Below are positions 55,101 to 64,000 of a DNA stretch of 64,000 nt, in pieces. Source of the DNA: Phoronis australis (taxonomy: Eukaryota > Animalia > Phoronida); contig NMRA01000014.1 of NCBI GenBank assembly GCA_002633005.1, positions 1,453,550-1,517,549 on the forward strand, read 5' to 3'. Positions within the stretch are counted from its first letter, which is position 1; each line of letters opens with the position of its first letter. The notes under the pieces were generated by a model. It saw nothing but the letters and a program-made list of their open reading frames with translations. It was not told where the DNA came from and did no database searches. A program made the translations under genes and the position numbers.

Positions 55101-58100
55101 GTTCTAACATTATTGTGAAGACCCACGATTTCTTCAAAACATTATCTGGTAGCAGCTGTGACTCGGAACTTGATTACGGGAAAACACCAACTTGGCGGTA
55201 TAATCATTTCATGGAACAAATGACGAAATGAAACTTCCCACCTCTGCTACATTGTATCGGTGACATTTAACTGTACCAAGTTTTTATCAAGAAAATCTGC
55301 TAAGAAACATCAACTCGGATGTAATGCAGAATTGCAGAGTATAAAAAAACAGTTGCAGGCAGTCTGATACACGCTGTACCAGACGTGCACCAGCCACGCA
55401 TGTGGGCTCAGTGCCGAGTATCAAAGCCACAGGAATTTTGCTATCAGTTTTAGAGGTGCCATGTAATCTAACAAGTAACTGTTATTCAGTGAAAACTGCA
55501 TTCTTTTCTTTTAATACATATTGAACCTTACTGAAATAAGAACGGATTTGGAATCACAATGACTGGGAGGGATACACTAAAGGCACCTCAGAGAAATCAG
55601 TTGTACAAATTTGGTATATAGGATCCACAAATGACAACAGACAAAATGTCACCTTTTCATACACTGGTTTATTTCAGGCCATTTTACAGATGCTTGGTAC
55701 TAGTTTAATGTAGACCCACCACTTCTGTGTAGTCACCTAGCTCGCCAGCCTGCTAGCCAGCCTCTCACCCAGCTACTTAGCTGTGATCGTCAACACAGCT
55801 AGGAATTTATGTGGTTAAAAAACTGGCAAATTAAAAACAAAGCTAGCCTTCTTGGTCTGACACAGCTCTATTTGCGGTCCTCTCTTCATGAAATTCACAT
55901 CAAAATGTTGCACCCCGATCGTGCAAAAGTTCTCATAACTCTGAAATTCAAATGACACCTACATCCCCATTTTGGTCGATATGAAACCATCATGATGACC
56001 AATGAAAATGATCATTACTCTGGAATAAATCTGATCATCATATGCAAAACCTCTTTTGACCATTTATCATTACTCATTGATAAGAAATCATATGTTATGA
56101 GTTATAATAATTCATTGGTGATAAACTACACACGAAAAATTATATCAACTCTTAATATGAATTCTTATCAATCCTTAATATCATATCACGATTCACATGA
56201 GTTTCTGTTGACTCGGACACTTGAATGAAACTAATTTGCACATGACAGTGCCACGCAAAAGGACATAACAAGTGGTCTCATCTCATGGCAGATATCTAAA
56301 ATTTGGGACAGCAAATATCTGTAAAGGTCACGTGAATAGAACAAATATGAACGCAGAACATTCCAAAATTCTTTGAAAACCTTTGCTTGACAAAACTGAC
56401 AAGCAATGCCAGTACAGGTTACGTAGCAAATACTGATTGCAGTTTACAGCGAGCTGCTTGCTTACCAGAGTCAAAGATAACTCAATGCAACATTAAAGAC
56501 CAATAAATACTTGTTAATTTGACAAAAATCATACGGATGTTGATCATGGGTACACTGTTGATTGTGGGTATTACTGTACTGATACAGTGGAGCCCACTTA
56601 ATGTCATACCGGATAATAGAATATCCTGGTTATTGTCACGAAATGTCAAAAAGTTAGTCTCATTCAGGGATAACCCAGGCCAGGTTTGAACCTGCGCCCT
56701 TTGGGCACACCTGATGATAAACAGTGTGCCTCTTTTCAAAAAGTTGTGCACAGCAGATTTACATGAAGTGTAATTAAAGTGGTAACATATGAAACAGAAA
56801 CTCCAAGGGCACGTGCAATCGCATTCAGAACAGTCATATTTTACCAGACTAAAATCTTGCACTCTGAAAGAGTGTTGGGTTTCATAAAGTGTGCCCAGGG
56901 GGCGCACTGCTGCAAGTACTTGTGCATTTTTAGTTTTTGATGTGTTACTGGTGCAAAAGCGCAGAACAGGAATACCCCTGCTCTTTAAACCTGTGTTCAA
57001 TAACCCACATATTGCATACACTGTCACTAAAATATCAGCAAACTGATTCTCAAAGACTTATAAATATCTTCTGCTTTTTTTCACCTAAAATCCAACCAAA
57101 TTCACCTTAAATTCAACCGCCTTATCAAAACCTGGGACTGTGGGTAAAATTCAGTTGTTTTCTGATTAGCTGTCTGAATCTCCATGTAAGAGTGATTACG
57201 ATCGCCACCAAATTGGTAAATGCTTAATGGAATACCTCCTTACTATCTTAATTTATGTTGAAACCGAGGGTATGACATTGAGCGATCTCTACTGTACTAT
57301 TAAAAGTCAAAGATAAAATTGTTTGGGACGTAATAACTGCTGCAAGTCCAAAAGTTTGAGCTTTTGTAAGTAATTATTCTTATAATTAGGAGATAGTACC
57401 AGTGCAGTCAACATCTACACATTTGCCAACCACATAATATATCAACTATTTCCCATGTGACTGGGTGGCATACGCAAAGTTGCCAATCAATCAAAAATCA
57501 AAAAGCCGGACAATTAGATGCGACTATACCGCAAAAAGTGAAAGTCCGCTGCAAGACCCTGAACCACCACAGTCGTTTTTATGTTTTTCGTGCCCGGGAA
57601 TAGGTGCAAATTTAGCCAGCTGCATGCAGACTAGTGTCAAAATACACCTAAACTATGAGGCATGTAAATTTTATATTGCAGTACTTGCTTGCAATGGGAA
57701 GAATTAACGACCTCCTATGACTTAGGGTTGGTTTATGCATTAGCTAAGACCAAATGTCCCTCTCTATAAATGTACTTCAGCATAAACTTTGACAGTTTAG
57801 CCAATGTGGGGCATAACTTGCTTTCAGCGTATGGTGCCCCAGTAACTATGAATGACTTCACGTATGTGCCGAAGGCGAGATGAGGAACTACGAAGTGCGA
57901 AGTTTCAAGGTCTGTAAAATTTACATGCATAGCTACATACCATAGCTGTATTCTGACAATATTTTGCAAGCTTACACAGCTACTGAGGTACCTGGCTGGC
58001 AAACATTCGCTAACTTTTTAGCCGCAAACATTACAACACAAGTGCACGTCGTAGTCAAGACGTAGCGCGGCGATTGCCCACCACTGAGTTTTGAGTACAA

Positions 58101-58422
58101 ATTGTATCTTCTCTAGCTAGTGTGGAAAGGTACTAAAATACGTAAATTTTGTCACAGGTGTCTAAGGGCGGCACAAGTCTGATGATGCAGTGGAACAAAA
58201 CTTCAAAAAGCGGGAAAGTCCAGCCAAAAACGGGATCCAGCTGGCAAATATGCATACGTTCACACAGCACCGGGTCGATTCCCAAGACGCTTACGAGAAA
58301 AATCAAAAAATAATCAATTTACTCCGGTTCACACAACCTTACATGAATCATCAATACTCACCATTCCGACCAGTCCCCATTAACTGGTCAAGCATGGCCC
58401 GCATTTGTTCTTGGGCCGTCAT
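46142..58422 (-). CDS. LUC7L2: Putative RNA-binding protein Luc7-like (LUC7L/LUC7L2 co-orthologue), 401 aa, 10 exons
   Basis: Exons 58422-58362 (MTAQEQMRAMLDQLMGTGRN), 53195-53101 (VCRSFLLDCCPHDILAST), 51938-51840 (RMDIGDCSKIHDLALRAD), 51265-51155, 50964-50821, 50582-50406 (QQQKLRVCEVCCAYLGIHDNDRRLADHFGGKLH), 49509-49307, 48956-48855, 47501-47352 (RS domain), 46205-46142 (stop TAG). Phases consistent. The last exon is the least certain; an in-frame TAA at 47350-47348 is the alternative end. Confidence 0.95.
52806..53070. mobile_element. Short hAT-like non-autonomous element related to copies A/B
   Basis: cggggcttggaatgaccaatgacaaaaaa...aatgccaagctctg; flanks ctgtta/gtgtta (5 of 6 match); different interior with repeated agaggaaa motifs. 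Confidence 0.75.
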
Positions 58423-58850
58423 TGTAGCGAAAATTTCCAGAAAATGTAAAACGCCAACCAACAAAATGGCGAACGCAGTTCAGAGTTACGTTGCGCAGAC
58501 GCAGGAAACTTGAAAAAAGGCTAACTAACGCAAGTCTTCGCGAGATATCGTCATGCATTACAAGCGAAGAACGTGACCTCACCAGGTCTTCCCGATTCTT
58601 TAAATTTAGTCTACGGTTTACAACCCTGTAGGTCTACCACAGGATAGTTGGCACTCCTAAATTTATATTGCACAATCAAAACCATAAGATATTAATTCAA
58701 ACTGACTGTATTGTTTTGATCCTTTTTTAAATTCTGTTATCTTTTTATTTTCTAATTTTGTCAATAGGTGTCACCCTAAATCGTCATGTGACATGTAATT
58801 TCGTTGTTTACCAGTCAGTGGCCGGTAGAGCGAGCAACGAAGAAGGGTAA
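58423..58850. promoter_or_regulatory. Putative bidirectional promoter LUC7/MAN2B1 with CLEAR/M-box-like site
   Basis: CpG-enriched; YY1-like AAAATGGCG near 58463, TTCGCGAGA near 58537, GTCATGTGAC at 58783-58792, candidate + strand donor AAGG/GTAATC near 58848; the MAN2B1 ATG exon has an acceptor at 60909-60910, implying an upstream UTR exon. Confidence 0.5.
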
Positions 58851-58930
58851 TCTTTTGCCATTGTATTTTCCAGTTTGTCTTGTGTTCGAAATTGTTGGTG
58901 AGGGTATCGGCTTTTCTTATAGTCCTTCTG

Positions 58931-58999
58931 CCGGATACCGACCCGGGAATCGAACCAGCGACCCCCATAAAACCGGCAAGCGTGCTAACCATTCAGCTA
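58931..58999 (-). mobile_element. tRNA-derived SINE-like head with intact Pol III boxes
   Basis: TAGCTGAATGG (A box) ... GGTTCGATTCC (B box); anticodon arm and acceptor stem do not pair, and related copies exist near 8.0 and 8.4 kb. Confidence 0.6.
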
Positions 59000-60921
59000 A
59001 TAGTAATAAGCAATAAAGAATCACCTTGCTGTGGCAGTAAGCAGGTTTAGAGTTAACACTCACACAAAGGAATCATCAGTTATTAAGTCTAATTACTCTT
59101 AAAGTCAATCGTTTTTCTCTGTTCAAAGTTTTTTGGTGATAGTATTTCATAAAAAACACATCTTCTTCGTGACATTTGTTGAACATCATTGGGAAATAGT
59201 ACTTTTTAAAACTAATTTAAAAGTGTCCCGCATGCTGTTAATAACATAATTGCTAGATTACATGAGCTTATCAGATGAACGCAGACAATGCCAGAGCTGG
59301 ACTATGTAAACATTGGTTTGCCAATTTTCTCCCCTTGCTATCACTGATAATGACACGGCTGTAACCTGAGTTCCGAATCGCCAAAATTGAGTTACTCACT
59401 CTGCAGAGCGGGGGCCGCGTAACGCAATAAAAATATAGCTGAAGAGCTTGTAGCTTAGAGTTGATAAGTTGTATTTAGTTAAAAGGATACCAGTTCCGGT
59501 TTTGGCCTGTTACCAGATTCTAAAAACAACTTTTCTATCCAGTTCTTTGAAACTATAATGATCTGTAACCTTTGACAAAACTCAAAAGTTTGAAGGAAAT
59601 TTTGAAAACTCCTTTCAAAGCCTGCTAAATGTGCAAGCGTGACCTACGCCTTTAGTGAATAACAGAGCAAAAAACTGTGGAAAAGACCACCCACCAAGGA
59701 CCGTAATGTCTAATTTGTGAGATAGGAAGTATGAGTTTTTAGTTGATTCCTGTCTTTAACTTTAAATATTGAAGCCAATGGTGCACATTAGAAGGTGACA
59801 GAACGAGGATTGGGTGAAATCATGAAAACAGGGTTTGGCATCCTTTTATACATGAATTATATTAAGAATTTCCACCAGTATCATAATTTACATATTCCCA
59901 ATCAGTAAATTTTCGAAAAGTGAAAATTTCCCGGTCGTCAAGCAAACATGACAAATATGGTAATAGCTGTCTACAGGTGCTCATTAACGGTAGGGGTAAT
60001 GTGTAAATACAATTTGTCCAGCAAAATTACCCAAGAAAATCTATCAAGAGATTAAAATTTTACAAGCTATAGAAGCTGTACAAAAATGTGTACCACAATT
60101 TCCCGCCAACATCATGTTTGTGAAAGCATGTCCTTAAAAGTCATGATTTCCTAACAAGAAAGTAGTTGAATTTCCAGAGTGCTATTTCTTGTACATTTTT
60201 GTTTCATAAGTGGACTCTTTCCAATCGTCTTCTTCGCCCTACTACTTTAACTTGTTGCTGCCAGCATTAAAAAAGCAAGCTTTTGCTCATGTGTGTTTTG
60301 CTCAAGATGGCTCACATGCCGCATTGCTGGCATTTTGCATCCGAGACTTGAATGAAATTCAATTTAAGAGGTAGTACCGTAAAATGTTTTATTCAACAAA
60401 AATTCCTCAGGGTATTGATGTAGGTACACTGTCGGCCTTGTGTACACTGTTACTGAACACTAGATAGCTGCAATGATATCGCGTCATCATGCGTCACATT
60501 ACAACAGCCAGTGGATAAGTGTTAAAGTTTTATGCAACTCGGACCAAGATTTTAAAAAAAATCATCGACTGTTCTTACTCTAGTGAATATTACGTACGGT
60601 ATTATTAGTACATGTATTACACAGGTTACCCGCATTATTCATTAGTGCCTTTAGAAAGCCATTAGTCAGTGGAAATAATTGCATGTGGACTATTAGTAGT
60701 TAATTAGTTTAAACAGTGAATACAATAAAGTTCATAATGTTCGATTAACTTGCTGTCTAAGTGGGTACTTTTGAATGATGTCTTTTTAGAGGCACATGCA
60801 GTATCTTTCTTTACTTTTCATTTTGTAATCTAAAAGGGGCCCCATTTAAGGTATTACAAATCTTGTGTGTACAGTGTCGTTAATCTGCTTCTCTCTTTCT
60901 GTATTTTAAGGAAGTACAAGA

Positions 60922-63900
60922 ATGGCTGGACTGCAGTCTTATATACTGCTGTTGGTGACTTCACTGTTGGCAGTCTGTGGGCTGCCTCACCACCAACCTT
61001 TGACCTCCAGCAGCTGTGGCTATGACAACTGTAACCTGGGTAACCCAGCCATGATCAATGTACACTTGGTCCCACACACGCATGATGATGTTGGCTGGTT
61101 GAAGACAGTAGATCAATATTATTATGGATGTAAGTTACCATAATCATTAGGGTACTGGACAATTTAAGTTGGGGCGGGGGTTGTTGCATGGCTAGGTGCC
61201 TGTTTTCTAAAGGCAATACATTCGAGAAAATGCAACGTCACGCTAGTCTTTGCAAGTTAAAGTCATGCAAACCACGTAATCACACTTTTTATACTTGCGA
61301 GATTCTTGCGTCCACAGAACTCGGTCCAAACATGGACACCTAAATCGGAAATTTCAAGAAATATTCATTTTGTTTAAGATCCCCATTTCTGTCACTGGAA
61401 TCCAATAAAGCAACAGTGACAACGGTGATAAACACAAATAGTATTAGCAACCATAAATACCAATTGGTTCACAAATTCACAGTACTTGGGTTCAGGGTCT
61501 AATCTACCATCCATTGGACTTAGACTCAGACTCAATACTTAACTAATCACACCTTATCACGTCTGCTTTTCTCGAACTATTCAAACAATGCTATTTACAA
61601 ACTTTCAAAACAAAAATTTAAAAATGCTGTTGTTGCCCCGATGTGTATGTGATGGATCTCATTATCTAGAGAACAATAACATCAACAGCATGGTGTCTTT
61701 GATCCAAACCCGCTGATTCTGAGGTGTGCAAACAGGTTGAGTTGCCCTATCTGAACCGGTCATGGTGTCAACGTTTGATTCTTTTCCTGTTCATATCGTG
61801 ATGGTGTTCATACCCAAGACCTTGTACTCACCTTGCAAACCCAGCTGTTGACTGAGCTATCAAAGTATCCAACCACAACTAGTTCACAACATCCTAACCT
61901 GTTATGAAAAAGGAATGGAAATGTACTAGTCGCAAAATGCCCTGTGACTGCAGCCTATTGCAAAAGAGTAAAGATCATTGTTTGGCATAGAAATGGGCAG
62001 TCAAGTTCACTGCCCTAGCTATTATACATAACCACAGAAGCTTATGAGAAATTCACAAAATTATAACTGTTTTATCAGAAGGGGTGTGAATTAGATTGAA
62101 TTTCATTAAGTCCTTATTGTTGTCATGGTCTCATTTCAGCACGTTCTAACACCCAACGGGCTGGTGTGCAATACATCTTGGATACGGTAGTTGATCAGCT
62201 TTTAAAGGACAAGAACAAGAAATTCATTTATGTAGAAATAGCTTTCTTCTGGAGATGGTGGAACCAACAAACGGACAGCATGCGCCACCTTGTGAAGGGA
62301 CTTGTAAATAATGGTATAACCCTAGCAACACACTAGCTGTTTGAGCAAAATTCTTGCCCTTAATTTGTTTGTTTTTGATCGCCTTTCTGCATGGCAATGC
62401 TACGCACTCTAGCCCTTTACAGGTTAATGACCAGATGAGGCCTGACATTATTACTACCAGAACTCATGCTGCTAGAAATTGACTCTTCTTTTAACATCTG
62501 CTGATATAACTTATAGTAGCTGCATTACTATGAAAAGTTAGCCTTTGAAAGTAGCCTTCCCTGCAAAAAAGTTTGGAACAGTACTTTAGATGTATTGGCC
62601 TCTCTGGATAGTCCTAGCAATACTTTAGTAAGTTAACAGAAATCACTTAAAGGTAAGCTCATCAAATAATGCCTGAAGTGTCGTTTTTGCACCTTACTGC
62701 ATCATTGCGAGAACGCAGAACTAAGAACGAAAAACCGAAGGTACGTCTAATGTATTGACTAGGGGCTGATTTCTTGTGGTGGTGTAGCCGAAAGGAAGTC
62801 ATTACAATTGACAATTTACTATCCCATTGGTATGCTCGGAGTGATGTTAAAAACATTGTAGAAACTAAATTCACTTGTGTTATTGCTAAGGCAGTCTTTA
62901 CCATATGGTGTCCAGAGGCTGTAAGATGTGGGAACAGAAACATTCCAGAGATGGAGGTCGAAAACGACAGCAGTTGTGATTGTCTTCACCATAACCAGTG
63001 TGACTGTTTGACTCTGTTCCAACATGCTGTCATTGAGTTACCACAGAGATATTTGTCAGCAAAAGCTAAATCTATTGCACATTTTGTTTTGAGTAATGAA
63101 TTCGTTGTTGAAATTTTAATGAGTTGAAAAATGCTATGAAAATCTCACACAAAAGTACTAAATATGATGTAAATGTTCTGTCCAAATCTTGCTTTAACAC
63201 AGGAATTTACATTTCGGTTTTTGGAAACATAAAAAATGATTGCCTGGTGGCTTTATTAAGTTTTTGCTATTTTTAGGACAGTTAGAATTCATCCTTGGAG
63301 GCTGGTGTATGAATGATGAAGCGACTACTCACTATTCAGCCATTATTGACCAGCACACTCTTGGCTTCAAGTTCCTCAAGACAGTGTTTGGAGACTGCGC
63401 TGTACCCAGGGCAGCCTGGCAAATTGATCCATTTGGCCATTCCAGGGAGCAGGCATCACTTTTTGCACAGGTCTGTATTATTGCGAGGGAATGAACACTT
63501 GCTAGAACTGAGATAAGCTGGATAACAGAGACAGCTTAAATAGTTGAAATGCAACCTTGTGTCAAGAATATCACTTTTGATTTAGACTACTTACGATTAT
63601 GAAATTGGACTCGTCATGTTTTTGGTTGAGACCAGGTTAAAAAGTTGGCTTGTCACGGTGGGGTCATTTTATGTGCCAAGCATGGTCTCATGCTATAACA
63701 AACTGTCTTTCTTTCCAAGTTCTCTATTAATTAAGTGCTTTGCACTTGAATGTGGAGGGATAATATATTAATTTTGAAGTGCAAAGTGATCTAAATCAAA
63801 AGTTAGCTTTGGTGAACACTTTTGTTACTCCTGTTACCATCCAATATTCTGATAGCATCTGTTATTGTGGATTTGATTCCAGATGGGATTTGACAGTCTA

Positions 63901-63988
63901 TTCTTTGGTCGTTTGGACTACCAAGACAAAAATACCAGAACCAAAAAGCGAACTCTTGAAATGATGTGGCGAGGAAGTGATGACTTAG
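60922..63988 (+). CDS. MAN2B1: Lysosomal alpha-mannosidase (GH38), first four coding exons; continues beyond window
   Basis: Exons 60922-61129 (signal peptide, [25 protein letters not shown]), 62140-62313 (AGVQYILD...[14 protein letters not shown]), 63277-63470 ([19 protein letters not shown]...[18 protein letters not shown]), 63883-63988 ([16 protein letters not shown]...[11 protein letters not shown]); GT-AG, in phase. Confidence 0.96.
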
Positions 63989-64000
63989 GTAAGGTTTTTT

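Noticed and set aside
56482-57027. 181-aa ORF in LUC7 intron 1
   Set aside because: Non-ATG start, no recognisable motif, no compatible splice structure; likely chance.
58931-58999. Possible tRNA gene
   Set aside because: A and B boxes present but acceptor and anticodon stems do not pair, and decayed copies exist near 8.0/8.4 kb; treated as a SINE-like head.

Overview
AT-rich, intron-rich animal genomic DNA, probably a marine invertebrate (inferred from gene and repeat style; the taxon cannot be fixed from sequence alone). Five spliced protein genes were reconstructed by hand from GT-AG boundaries and reading phase: USP39 (- strand, 3' part runs off the window start), a UPF0561/C2orf68 homologue (+, head-to-head with USP39), a complete 19-coding-exon PIWIL2-type Piwi gene (-, 956 aa), a LUC7L/LUC7L2-type U1 snRNP factor (-, 401 aa) and the first four coding exons of lysosomal alpha-mannosidase MAN2B1 (+, head-to-head with LUC7). 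Also present: an intronless 376-aa ORF nested antisense in a USP39 intron, a Penelope-like fragment with a hammerhead-ribozyme core, a decayed Gypsy LTR element with ATAC target duplication, a hAT-like non-autonomous family with 6-bp TSDs, several MITE/SINE remnants and minisatellites, and a complex of inverted repeats upstream of Piwi. One duplicated USP39 exon straddles an assembly N and is probably a haplotype artefact. No prokaryote-style system (CRISPR, operon) is present. The best novelty candidates are the nested orphan ORF, the palindromic Piwi upstream region and a candidate poison micro-exon in LUC7.
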